Source: Blastocystis sp. Blastoise (Eukaryota; Protista; Bigyra: Opalinata). From it: 64,000 nt of DNA. The stretch spans positions 1,922,001 through 1,986,000 of the forward strand of contig JBBPEB010000013.1 of the NCBI GenBank assembly GCA_039096225.1, given 5' to 3'. The notes beneath the pieces are model-generated. The model made no database searches. It was not told the origin of the DNA and was given only the letters and a program-made list of their open reading frames with translations. The translations under genes were made by a program, and so were the position numbers. Positions 1-15,005 of the stretch are shown one piece after another (positions within the stretch are counted from its first letter, which is position 1; the number at the start of each line of letters is the position of its first letter).

Positions 1-21
1 TTTTATCCTAAATAATTATTA

Positions 22-1226
<1,205 letters not shown>

Positions 1227-1946
1227 TACTAAATAATTTATATATATTTAATTTTTAATAAAATACAACGTTCCTATTTCAAATTATTATTCTATTGTAT
1301 TATATATATATATATTTAAATATACATAAGAATATATTTTACATATAATTTTTTATTAATAATTGTGTTCGTTTTGTTATTTTTTATAATTTACATTTTG
1401 AAAGATTATGTATAATTAAAAAAATATATTATTTATTATTCTTTTCTATCAAATTGTGAATAAATAAAACATTTTCAATTTGCTATTGAGTATTAAACAA
1501 GATTCATAAAATCTTGTAGTTAATAATAGCATATCTGTTTTAGATTTTTATCGTAAGAGCTTTTAAGATCAAATATCTACCAACTACAAAGCATTCTTGA
1601 CTCTTTAACATATTTGATTCCCATATTTTCTTCTGTTCAGTCAATTAATCTAAAAGAAAACAAATATTTCAAATATATGACAGAATTGAAAAGTATTAAC
1701 GTAGAAATAAATATATTAAAATGAAAATAATATGCAATTCATGATCATTATTTTCGTGAATTACAAATAGAATAGATTAACCAATAGAGTGATATGTATA
1801 AAAGTATATAAACATTACTAGATCAGAACAAACTAAAATACCAAAAGCTTTTCAACAAGAAATGAATGTTATTAATTTTTTAAGTAAATTTGTAAAAGAA
1901 AATTTTTTACATTTTTATTTTTATAATTTTATAAATAAAATAATAA

Positions 1947-2535
1947 ATGTATGCTTACTTGGATACACATTCTGAGGATAGATTCCTGAAGTTTGGAGAA
2001 GGATACAATCCGACACCAGGTGACAATGAAATTAAGATTCGTGTTACTGCGTGTGGTATTTGTCGTACAGATTTACATATAATTGATCGTGAGTTGAATG
2101 AACCTAGAGAGAATGTTATTCCTGGTATTAAAAAATATGGTTTATAAGTTTTAATGATTTTATAGGTCATCAAATAGTAGGTATTGTGATGGAATTAGGA
2201 AAAAACGTGACATCTTTGAGTATTGGGCAGAAAGTGGGTATTCCATGGTTAGGAAAATGTTGTAACGAGTGTGAATTCTGTAAGAGTGGTAAAGAGAATC
2301 TTTGTGATAAATCAGAGTATATATTAAAGTTAATTAGTATTATAATATTGAAGATATACTGGTTATCAACGTAATGGTGGTATGAGTGAGTACTGCGTAG
2401 CAGATGCAGACTTCTGTTTTCCTATTCCAAATCATTATCCAGATGTTCAAGTATTTTTTCCACTTTTAACATTTTTTCTATTGTTTATTATTATTTTTTT
2501 GAATAATATTTCAATGATTCTTATGTGAACATTCG

Positions 2536-2577
<42 letters not shown>

Positions 2578-3277
2578 GCTGCTCCATTATTATGTGCAGG
2601 ATTAATAGGATATAGAGCACTACAGAAAATCCCTAAAGACGCGAAATCTATAGGATTTTATGGATTTGGATCTTCAGCACATATTCTTACACAAGTATAT
2701 ATATATATATATATTCTTATTTGATATATTCTTATGTTTATTTATTATTTTTTTAGTTTTTTTATATTTCTTTTTTTAATTTTTCTAGTTTATCTTTATT
2801 ATTTATTATATATATATGTATTTTATTTTCTATTAATTTGCTTCATAATACAATATATTTGATTCTATCATCCTATTCTATATATAGGTATGTAATTATT
2901 GTCATCAAGATGTATATGCATTCACCAGGAATGGAGATCAGAAAAAACAAAATTTTGCACTATCATTAGGTATATATATATATATATATTCTATATTCTT
3001 ATACATATATATTCTATATTCTATTCTATATTCTATATTTATATTCTTATATATATATTCGATATTCTATATTCTATATGCTTTTATATATATATATATT
3101 CTAATCTTATATGTATATATAAATGTAATACTATTCTATAGGTGCGAAATGGGCTGGTGGTAGTGATGAGTTCCCGCCAATTCCTTTGGATGCCGCCATT
3201 ATATTTGCATCTGAAGGTAAAACACTAATAAATGCTCTTAAAGCAGTGAAGAAAGGAGGATGCGTCATTTGTGCTGG

Positions 3278-3310
<33 letters not shown>

Positions 3311-3810
3311 GTATTTAATATTCATTATATTATTTTTTTATGATAGTATCATTTTGAAATATATATATATAGGTATATATATGAGTGATATTCCTTCCTT
3401 TCAGTATAATGATTTATGGATGGAACGAAGAATAGAGTCAGTAGCTAATTTAACGAAACAAGACGGAAGAGAGTTCTTAACACTTGCTCCTCAAGTATAT
3501 ATATATATATAATATTATATAATTATAATTGTTTGAGTATTTATTATTATATATATATTTTAGATACCTATTGAAACTCATGTTAATTTATATTCATTTA
3601 AAAATGTAAACAAGGCTTTAGATGATTTAAGGTATATATATATAATCAAACATATTTATATTTATTATATATATACTCAAATATATATATATTTATATAT
3701 ATATATTCAAATACATATATATACAAATATATAGACATGGTCGTGTTACAGGTTCTTTAGTTGTTATTATCGATAAAGATTTACAAAAACAATATAATAT
3801 TGAAGATTAA
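1947..3810 (+). CDS. Zinc-dependent alcohol dehydrogenase (MDR superfamily, bacterial-type subfamily), 9 exons
   Basis: Exons 1947-2124, 2166-2316, 2354-2450, 2578-2694, 2888-2969, 3142-3276, 3373-3494, 3564-3631, 3735-3810 splice in frame. Motifs: [16 protein letters not shown], CxxCxxC-x7-C structural Zn, [38 protein letters not shown]. Confidence 0.93.
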
Positions 3811-3959
3811 TAAAGATATTACAATTATATGTAGTAAGAAAAACAATGATATAGCATCATAGCAACTACATATTGAAAGATATAAAATACAAAAGAATTA
3901 TATATATATGTAACATGCAAAGCTATAGTACACAATAAGAAAAATAAATAATTTTATTT

Positions 3960-4422
3960 TTATAAAAGTCGAATCATTAATCCTTGGTTTGGTTCAAGAG
4001 TATAAGAATTACGTCGATTTCGTTTTTGTTGACACCCTTTTTGAGGACAATCATTAGATTCAGGGAGGTGAATATGATAACAATTGCAAATCTCTTTTTG
4101 AGGAATGTTTGTACTAATCAATGTAGTCTTATAACACTTTGTACAAATCCCTGATTTATAACATTGATGACGTTGAAATAAATTATACCAAGAATCGTCT
4201 TGTTGAATGGATACTTCGTCTATAGGTTGAATATGTTGTTGCTCACAGAAGTGTTTCCATAAATTGTTGTTTGTCTTCACTCGATTAGATAGCATAGTAT
4301 GTACTTGTTCTAATTCTGATAGATCATGTACAGACAAGAAAGACATTACATTGTTGAGTATATCTGTTGATATTTCTATATGTCATCAGTAAAACTACAT
4401 GGATATAATGCTTACCAAGCAT
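3960..4422 (-). CDS. Small F-box-like protein
   Basis: A 7-nt first exon (4422-4416) plus exon 4375-3960 gives MLEISTDILNNVMSFLSVHDLSELEQV...LWKHFC, matching the F-box pattern. Cys-rich tail (CTKC). Start codon uncertain. Confidence 0.55.
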
Positions 4423-5989
4423 AAAATGAAGAAAGGTTGTTAATATATGAAATAGAACACAAAAAACATAAAGAAAAACAAAGACAGATTAGAATCTTCA
4501 CTTCAATCGAAACTCAATTGTTTCGCTTTTTCATTGATCCAATCAGAATCACTTTCTGAATTTAAGGTTAAAAGGAACAGGGTGTGCCAAAACTGCGCTT
4601 TTAGCGCAAAGTGCGCTTATTGATGCTGTTTTTGCGCTTAAACGATTATTTTACATTTTCTCTCTGATTATTTATTTTTTTCACTTGAAAATAGTTCGGT
4701 TTTGTGTAGCACGTCAAGATAAGCTCAAAAACAATGTCTTTGAAAAAATACCGACGGTTTTTAAGAAAATTATACTTGTTTTTTTATTTTTTTTAGTGGT
4801 TTTTTAATTATTTTTTGACTGATTCTTCAGTGTTTTTTTGTAAAAACTGGCTCTTTTTGCGCTTTTTTTCCCCATTTCCCGCTGAAAGAGGTCCTGCCTG
4901 ATGACCCCTGAAAAGGAAGGTTCATTTATTTCGTTCATCCAATCATTCTCTTGATTACTACGTCATCATTTTTAACTTTTTTCTGTTTTTTTAGATAACA
5001 TTACATTTTTTTACTTATTATTAACATGATCAAGAGTTATTTTGTGAATTAGATATGTATAAAGCGTATTTAGAATGTAGTCATCATCAAATAAAGTATG
5101 TTATGTCGATATATTTACTTTATTTTGTTTTTCTTTTGATTACCTTAGATTCAACTATCTCTATTTATCCACTACATAGGAAGAGGAGTCATGAGCTGAA
5201 TTATAACATTGGGTGCTTTAAGATGTTTTTGCTTTCGAATCCATTATTCATTAGTAGTCTCTTACTATTTATGCACTTTTCAGTTTCGAAGAGTCCTAAT
5301 GGCTGTATCTACATTCCAGAGAATAACTGGTGCTCATTTTCTTGTGTTATGTCTTTCATTATTTTATGAAATTGTTAGCTGAATCTTATGTTGATGTCAC
5401 ACTGTAGTTTTATTGCTTATTAAAGCATAGTGGAATGAAAATCAAGGCAAGTAGCACTCAATTATCAGTTTACAAATTAATTCCTTTATCTCGCATCCTT
5501 TCTGTTGATTCTAAGATTAACCCGATCGTTGTTGTATATGCTAAACTAGAATCCTTTATGAAAATATCAGAAGTTTCACTGCATACATGGACGTTTCATT
5601 AGAAAGAATCATATCCTCATCAGACCGATAATCACGGATTTCTGTAGATATCGTCTTCTTTTAATAATATCCTCATGGGAATACTGGATAGGAAAAAATT
5701 CAGTTTATGAGTTTTTTAATTTCTTTCAGGATAAGGATTTGTTGGGTTTCCAGAAATTGTTTGTTTTGTTCAGCAAATCGTTTGTTATACTCAAAATTAC
5801 TGGCTTTATTAGGTATTATTTTCATGGAAATGATACCTATTTGTAGAGAAAAAAAGGATATAATTAAGAGGATTATATAGAAATTAGCTCCCAATTCGAA
5901 ATGAATAAAAAGAACAATTTATTATTTTGAGTATTGCGGTATACTTATTTTATATTACGTCGTTGTTGAATTATTAATAAATAATAAAA

Positions 5990-6602
5990 ATGAACTGTTG
6001 TCAAAGTGGTAAATGTCCTCTTAATTTCATTAAGCAATACAAACCTGTACATCGTATGTTGTTTGAACATTTTTTAAAATAATTCTTATTTATTCTATAT
6101 TTAATTACATTCTTTTTATATTTATTTTTATTTATATATAGCTTATGTAACTAAAATTGAAGAAACTATCAAGGTTCCTTTTGAATATCTTTTCCTTGGA
6201 GTTGTTGCTGTTATTCTTTTGATTTTATTCTTCATTATGAAGGCTACTAACTTCGTGAATACTTTTATTTTCTTCCCTGCTTTAGTTAACTTCCTTATTG
6301 ATATTAGTAAGGGTAATGAAAAATCTAGTAAATGGATTTCTTTCTGGATTTTATTCTCTTTTGTCTCTGTCAATGGTGCCTTCTTCGAACATTATATTCC
6401 TGCCTTCAATCTTATCAAGCTTATTGTTTTCCTTGCTTTAGCTTTCACTGATTATGTTTCTATTGTTTATGAAAAGGGATTCGTTTATATTTCTGAACAA
6501 TTAGTTAAGCTTTGGGATCTTTATGTTGAAAACTTCGTAGATGCTTCTGCTATTCCTGATTATTCTGATATTAGCGTAAGTGAAGGATATAAATCTGATT
6601 AA
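5990..6602 (+). CDS. TB2/DP1/HVA22 (REEP/Yop1) ER-shaping membrane protein
   Basis: Exons 5990-6053 and 6142-6602. Two long hydrophobic hairpins; KWISFWILFS and YIPAFNLIKLIVFL resemble the family motifs. Confidence 0.75.
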
Positions 6603-7050
6603 ATTCTATAAGCAGTATTATGAACAGTTATTCATACCTTTTCTTTTGAGTCAGAATATATTGTTTTTCTAGTCTTTATATATAAAGTCACATATCTTTT
6701 TGTCTTTCTTTTGCTATATGTTATTCTTTTATAGATTCTTTGTTATTTTAAAAAATAAATGAATTGCCATTTTTTTAAATTTTTGTTTTGCTATTTATTT
6801 TGGGTTTAAAATTTATAATAATAATGATATATATATCTTTTTTCTTCAAATAATAAATATGGAAAAGAGATGTTTTTTTATATATCTTTTTATTTCCTTC
6901 AAATAATAAATATAGAAAAGAGAAGTTTTTTATTATAGGAACTAATGTATATAAAATACTTGTTGTTCTAGTATAATTAGTGTATGTTTAACAAAACAAT
7001 AATTTTTATAATATAAAGAAGTGACAATAATGAATGTAAATAATAACAGT

Positions 7051-7199
7051 TTATAATTCATTGATATATTCATAGTAAGACATAACAGTATCCTTAATAT
7101 CTAATGAACATATCGACATAGCAAGAGACTGTTTATCTGGAATTATCGCATATACCTTTATAGTTAAAATAATATAGAGTTCATTGTGTAGTCAATTGT

Positions 7200-7247
<48 letters not shown>

Positions 7248-7598
7248 TTCTTTATAAAAATCTTCAAAACATTGAGAAACGAATGTAAATGTAATATCGT
7301 TATATTTATTCAATTGATAGAATACAAACTATATAATGTTATAAAAAAAATAATATATGATATATTTATATACAGTAATAAATTCATGACAATATTTTGT
7401 AACATCTTCTTCTATATATATTATATTATATATATATTATAATAATATATATTATATTATATTATATACGAGTATTAATATTATTTTTAAATACATATTT
7501 GATAATATACCATCCTTCAAGTCTATATATAATAATAATATAATAATAATATAATAATAGTATCATAAAAAATAAAAAGTTGATTCATTCTAAAAATA

Positions 7599-7638
<40 letters not shown>

Positions 7639-8063
7639 TGTTTGATGAGGTCAGGATGTAGATATATATAAGAAATGAAACAAGGGAAGGATATATAACC
7701 TTCAGAGAAGAACTCATTAAGACATTTGTAGAGACTCTATATATATATATACGATAAATATTATAAGTATAATAGTAGAGTATATATAAATATAAAGAAT
7801 ATAAATAGAGAATTATAAAGCATACAATATAATCTTTGCTATAATAATTGAAGATAGTATCAATATATATATAAGGAACAGAAGAAGGAGACACATATAG
7901 AGAAATAGAGGGAACGACTTCCGCGGGATCTTCATTGGGGATTTGGCGGGAAATCGTTTTTATTGTTTGACTGACACTAAAGTATATGAATTATTATTAT
8001 ATATATTTATGATTCTCTAAATTATTATAATATTTATTATTATTATCTAAATTATTGTCTAAA

Positions 8064-8094
<31 letters not shown>

Positions 8095-11000
8095 TATTAT
8101 TATTATTATTATAATTAAACTTATTACAATAAAAGAATACAGTTCCATTGTTGTTTTGATAGGTACTAATAATTCATAACGATCTAGAACGAAATTTAAC
8201 AGCATTCCAAGGAAAAGAGCAGGTTTCAACGGATTGTTCGTCATGTACATCTTAAGAGCTGATTGGGCGACAATGGGGGTCATTGAGGGATCCGAAAGGG
8301 TCGTATGAAGAGATTTGTAATTTCTATCAACTATAAAGAATGATTATATAGGAATAATTCTTTTTTTTATTCTCTGAATATTGATTGAATTATATATACA
8401 TATAGATTCAACATAAGAATAATACTATATGAATATCATTATATATATATATATATACCTCCAAGTTGTTCATAATTATCATGTTCTTCACGGAGACGAG
8501 GTAAATAATTGAGAATCCCGCGGGAAATTGAGTTTCTCATAGTACTAATATTCGATCCATAAGAAAGGAGTAAAAGCACGTGATATATAAATGTATATTG
8601 TACAGAATTCGGAGTGATCTGAGATTCCCTAAAACAGAATAGAATAGTATTCATAGAAATAGAGAAATATATATATATAGGTGAATATATTTGTAATCGT
8701 CAAAATTATATATAAAATTATAAAAAAAAATAATGTATATATAATAAAATATATATATTACCATTTCTCCCAAGGCCAGAGAAGATTGTCGTTATTCAGA
8801 TAAAGAGCGAAAAAGAGGGAAAGACGATATAACGCGGGAGTATAAAGAGAGGAGAGGGATAAGAAGCAGTTATTGATACAACGACCGATGTGAGGGATTA
8901 GGGAAACCAATAGTGTTTTTAATAATAAAGATAATAATAATAATAAAGATAATAAAGATAATAATAATAGTAAAAATATCTCAGATAATAATAGTAATAA
9001 TATCTCGATAATAATAATAATAAAGATAATAATAATAATAATAGGGATATATATTTCTTCACTGGTTCTCCTTGGAGTGTGCATTTAGCAAGTTCAATAA
9101 GAATATTCATATAATAGAGAGGAGATATAACCGCGGGAATAGACGCTTGTGTAGTAGGAATAGGATCTCTCGAGAGACATAAACAAACTAATGTCTATAA
9201 GTATATATATATTAGTTATGAATAGTATTAAGGATATTAATTTTTAAGCATAATAATAATAATAAACATAATAAACATAATAATAATAATAAACATAATA
9301 ATAAACATAATAATAAACATAATAATATATATGATACCTCTGCTATATAATATAGATGTTCTTGAGTAGGTCTTAAATAAAGGAAGAGAGAAGGAAGAGT
9401 AGAGAAGGAAGGATGGAAACATATACTGAGATCCTATAGTAATATAATAATCATTATTCTATTCATTACTACCATTATATGTGTAATAATAAGTATAACA
9501 ATTATTATTATAAAGAATAACTTTAAAATACTCTAATATATATTATATATATAACTAAAACTAAAATACTCAAGCGCACATTATTATATAATAAATAGAA
9601 TATATATATATAATAATAGAATATATATATATACCTTAATAAGTTGTTTTAAAACATGTTTTTCAATAGGTGAAATATCCACGGGAATAGAATTGATAGG
9701 AATAGAAGGGAAGTATATATATTGAGAGAGATAAAGTGTAGGAAGACGAACAGGAGAAGACTATGTATATATAGATAATAAATGAATAATAATAAAACAA
9801 AAATAAATGAATAGTAATAAAATATATTAATAATTATAAAAGAAATTATATAATAATAATAATAATAATAATACTATATATACAAGAGGAGTAGAGAGAG
9901 AAGTAAGTATTTGAATATCTAGATCTTTAGGAGGCTGTTCTGCATATATATCTGTATATATATTACTAGGAATATATGTATTCTCAAAAGATGGATTATC
10001 TTGTTTATATATATATGTATATATATCAACTAATGAATCTTCATCCTTAGAAGTCTATAGAGTTGAATAGAGTTGAATATAGTTGAATATATATATATAG
10101 AGATATAAAGAATTGAAATAAATATTTATTTATATAATAAATAAATAATATATATTTATATAATAAATAAATAATATATATTTATATAATAAATAAATAA
10201 TATATATTCATTTATATAATAAATAAAATATATATATTCATTTATATAATAAATAAAATATATATATTCATTTATATAATAAATAAAATATATATATTCA
10301 TTTATATAATAAATAAAATATATATATTTATATACATTAAAAATAGATAAATGATCATATCGAAGAGATGGACGTGAATCCATATAAGGAGCCAGAAGGG
10401 GATAGAGGGATGAAATGAGGGTTTCAGGAATACTATTCCCACACCAAACAATTGATGATAGAATTGAATAAACCAATAGATCCTTATAAATTGAACTGTG
10501 TTCCTCTGACTCTATAAACGCTAATAATATCTTGAAACAGGATTCGAGGGTTTCAAAAGAAATCATGTGATAACAAGTTGAAAGAGCATAGAAACGAATC
10601 TATTAGAAATAATTCATTTAGTAACATTTATAAAAAGAAATTATGTTTTAGTTATATATATATATATTTAATTTGTAGGGTATAAGAAATAAAAAGATAA
10701 TCAATATAAATATAAATAAATATTAAAAAAATATAAATAATTTAATATAAATAATAAATAAATATAAATAAAAAAATATATAAATAAATATATATAAATA
10801 AAAATAAATAAAAATAAATAAAAATAAATAAAAATAAAAAAATATATAAAATTTTTTCTATATATATACTAATAAACGGAATTGTATTTCTTGTTCACCA
10901 ATATGATTCCAATATTCATATATATACTTTATATTCTGTAAATAAAATGTATTTACATATTCTTCCTTTGTTTCAGCAACTATATATAAACAAAAACACT

Positions 11001-11387
11001 AATATTACCTATTTTATAATAAAACTATTTTAATAAAAAATAAATTATAATAATAAAAATTTATATACGTTGGCAAAAGAAAGCGACATAAATGTATGTT
11101 TTATGAGGTAAATTCGTAATACTATATAGATTCAGATTTCAATAAACAATATATATATATAAAATATACCATTCCAAAAGAAGATTACTAATAAATGTTA
11201 ATAAGTGTTCATCATCATATGCATCATTAAACATAGATATTAAACTAGATATTTCTTCTTTATATTGAATTGGTTCTTTTGGACTTATAGGATCACAAAG
11301 ATGTACAATTTCATATTTCAACTTCTCTTCAGTAGGAATAGAAGGTATTGACGATGGTTTAATAGGATCTAACGGAACTGCAGACAT
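7051..11387 (-). CDS. NCBP1: Nuclear cap-binding protein subunit 1 (CBP80), many exons
   Basis: Collinear CBP80-like blocks: CITNLPHKTYIY, IRFYALSTCYHMI, KDLLVYSILSSIVWCG, YMNILIELAK, RLSLFFALYLNNDNLLWPWEKW. Last exon ends in TAA at 7051-7053. Start Met is the best guess. Confidence 0.8.
10140..10330. repeat. Intronic ~30-bp tandem repeat
   Basis: TATATATTCATTTATATAATAAATAAAATA repeated 4-5 times. Confidence 0.85.
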
Positions 11388-12101
11388 AACAAACTATATA
11401 AGCTGAGTTTAATATTGATCTTAATTATCTAGAATATATACTGTATTCGATATTCTATTAAAGAATTGTTTGTTTGTTTGTTTTTTGATTTCCTTGGGAA
11501 TTTATTAGATGAAAAGAAATGGCTTATTATGATTTCAAAGAAAAGACATAAATCAATGAATAATAATTATAGATGCTCAGTACTTTTCACATACTGTAGA
11601 AAAAATTCTTTAAAAAAATAGTGAATTAATGACAACAAAATGTCTTAATTTTCGTTAGTTTCTTGATTGAGAGCGTTTATTTAAAATATAAATAATCTCA
11701 TTTATCTGTAACAAGTCGATTCACAACGATCTTAATAAAAAAAAGTGTTATATGATCTGTAATTAGTTTCATTTCAATCATATTCATTTCTTTTATGCTA
11801 TTTAGATACATAACATATAATACAGATCTCTTAATCTACCTAATAAACAAAGCAAAAGTATCCTATCAAATGAAGAAAATAAAATGTAAAAACACGCTTT
11901 AACAAAAGGGATAATCGTGGGAAATCAAAGAAAACGAAGAATTCCCTGTTTCTTAGAAGGGTAAATAAAAACCTGGTGAGTGACTTCCTTAAAGGTATAA
12001 AAATCATATGTTTATTGGGTCATTTGAAACATCACTATACATTTTTTGTTTGTTTTTGTTTGATTTTTTATATTTTTCTTCCAAAGAAACAACAAAAGAA
12101 A

Positions 12102-12785
12102 ATGTCACGTCCTATGAATCAAATGCCTATTCAGGATATGCCTCCTAAGGGTGGATATAAGATTTGGGTTCCTAAACGTTATCTTCCTCAACGTGTTGGA
12201 GGTGGTTTACTCTTAGGTATTATTGCTAGTGGTATGGCTTTTGGATGGTATAGATACTCTTTATCTGTAAAAGCTAAGAGGTACATCTTTATTTATCTAT
12301 TTAACTATTGATTATTTTCATTTATTTTATGAATATTCTCTATTATTATTCTTTAGAGCTATGAATCAAGAAAGATTCGAAAGTCGTCTTGCTATTACTC
12401 CTTTCCTTCAAGCTGAAGAAGATATTAGGTATTATATATATATATTTATTTTTATTTAATGATATTTTATAAATTCATGATATTCAACATAATATAAATT
12501 AAAGAGCATAATTTATTTCTTTATTAGCATTAATATGAAATATATTTTCTTGAATTATTATATCAATTCTTTGTGATATTATATATATTTTTATTTTTAC
12601 TAAGACATTATTATTTTAAATGTTGTATAATTAGATTATCATATATTATTACTTTATTTAGATTCTGTGAAGCTTCTGATAAGTCTGATGCTAAAGAAGA
12701 AAAGATTATGGAAAATGTTCCAGGTTGGGTAGTAGGAAAGAGTGTATATAATACTAGATGGATGGCTCCTGCTGAATTAAAGTAA
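12102..12785 (+). CDS. NDUFA13: NADH dehydrogenase complex I subunit GRIM-19/B16.6
   Basis: Three exons (12102-12280, 12357-12428, 12662-12785). Motifs QDMPPKGGY, RLAITPFLQAEED, MENVPGWVVGKSVYNTRWMAP. Confidence 0.95.
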
Positions 12786-13478
12786 AATATTCATTCAAAA
12801 AAAAAACAATAATCAATAACAAAAAAACATTATAATTATATATATTACATGGAATAAGTTATAAATACTAATCAAAATATTATTTGTCCTATGTATTTTT
12901 TTTTTAATTTTACTTTTTATTTATAGAATGTATTTTACTTTCATATATATTTCCTCCTCTTTTTTCTACTGTTATAATACATCTTTTTATTAATATTATA
13001 TATCAACTCTATATATATATGACATCTTCTTTATAGTATATCATATCTTCTTCATTTCTTCAATTTTGCTATTAATATAATAAAAAAAATTAATAATAAT
13101 AATCAAAATATCTTTATTATTTAAATGATTCCATTTTTCTTTTAAGATAGAGTTCTTTAAATGATGAATTATTAATTTGTGTGTTTTGCTTGATTTATAG
13201 GGGTATTATAGATTTTTTTTTTTGATAAAGAAAATAAAATTATTGAGTATGTTTATAAAGAGTATTCTATGCTTTTTCTGAACATAAGAATAAACAAAAC
13301 AATACTGTTTTCATTTAAAGAATTGCAAAAGTGTAAACGTAATACATAGAAAATGATTTATAGATAATTATGATATAGAATCATTAGGGAAAAACAGAGA
13401 AAAAATGTAGATAGGAGTAAATATTATATATAGAGAAAAATAAGAAACACATCAAAAAAGAAATAAAAAATATATTCA

Positions 13479-13754
13479 TTACATAGCTTTAGGTTTTTCT
13501 TCAGCAGGTTGTCTAAATAATATATGTTATAGATATATAGAATAAGAGAGATTAAGTAGAATAAATATATATGTAATATATATATATACAAATAACGTTG
13601 AATATAGAAGTTACCGAAGAGAATAAGCATAGTAATCATATAACCAATCATTCCAGTACAAACCCAGAAAGGATTAGAGCAACCCCTATAATATGTATAT
13701 GTTATTATAATATAAAATAATAATTTGTTTATTATATATAGGATAACAGTGACT

Positions 13755-13788
<34 letters not shown>

Positions 13789-15005
13789 GTAATAATAATA
13801 ATAATAATAATAGTATATACTTGACAAGATCCATGAAATTAACTCCAAGAATGATAACGAATTGAATTAATTGTAATTTAGTTAAAATTTGTCTCCACCA
13901 GACTTTAATTTTAAGGACAGCACATAAATAATGAGAATACCTATAAATGAGAATGTTAGAAGAGAATGAATGAGAGTATATGAAAATCAAAAGAATAATG
14001 TAATAATAAAGATATCAATATATATATACATAAGAACATGAACAAAACTATTAAGAACCATGGCAATGGTATTATCACCAGCAGGTAAATACATAGAAAC
14101 AAGAAGAGTGACAAGGGTAATGGAAGAATGGTGATAACTATATAGAGATAATGAAAAATATAGATAAGATAATAATGAATAAGAAAACATAACAAAAAAA
14201 AATGATATAAATAATAATAATAAAAATAATAGTATATACACATGAAGGAAAGTAACTTGTCTATAGGATTTTCTTAAGATAAAGATAAAGGTATCTAAGA
14301 ATTCCCAATATTTTTGGAAATGGAATACGCAGTAATACTATAGAAAGAAGAAGAATTATAGTGTAATAAATTATTATATTAATAATAATGTTATTAAAAT
14401 TAAATATAATAATTATAATAATAATATTAATATCATAATAATAATAATGCATACGAAGATGACAGCTTTGGTATTTGGAGAGTTATAATCAAGGTTATTA
14501 CAATATAATCCAGCATGAGATTTGAAATAATAATATACAATACCACCATATAAGCAAGTAGAAGCAAGAATAACACAAGAAATATTATAGAAAATCATGA
14601 AAGTACGTAACTTATAACCTTCTCTCCTATAAAAAAATCATAATGCTGCAATAAAAAAGCAATATATAAATAATAATAAGTGGGATAATAAAAATATAGT
14701 AAAAAAAGAACTATAAAAACAAAAAATTATTTTAATAAACAAAATAATATATAATAAACAATAATAATATAATATACTTTTCCATAAATTTAAACAAAAA
14801 CTTAAGTGTAACGAAATAGAAAATGTTCATTAATAAACAGAATTTCCAATTTAATAAGGGAATTTCAGATAGTGTACCTTCTATAAATTGATATAATATT
14901 AATATAAGCTTCGACAACTGTTTATAATAATATACGGGCAATTTGTTCAGCACGGAAAGCTTGTGATTCGTGGAAAGAAGCAATGAAATGTTCAAAGAAA
15001 GTCAT
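13479..15005 (-). CDS. GNS1/SUR4 (ELO) fatty acid elongase
   Basis: Spliced motifs KYWEFLDT, LSFLHVYHH (HxxHH), LNSFVHVLMY, LTKLQLIQF, LILFGNFYIQRY. Stop TAA at 13479-13481. Confidence 0.93.

Noticed and set aside
5055-5894. ORFs 5055-5369 (+) and 5700-5894 (-)
   Set aside because: No recognisable family or splice-supported continuation; a gene relic is possible but unsupported.
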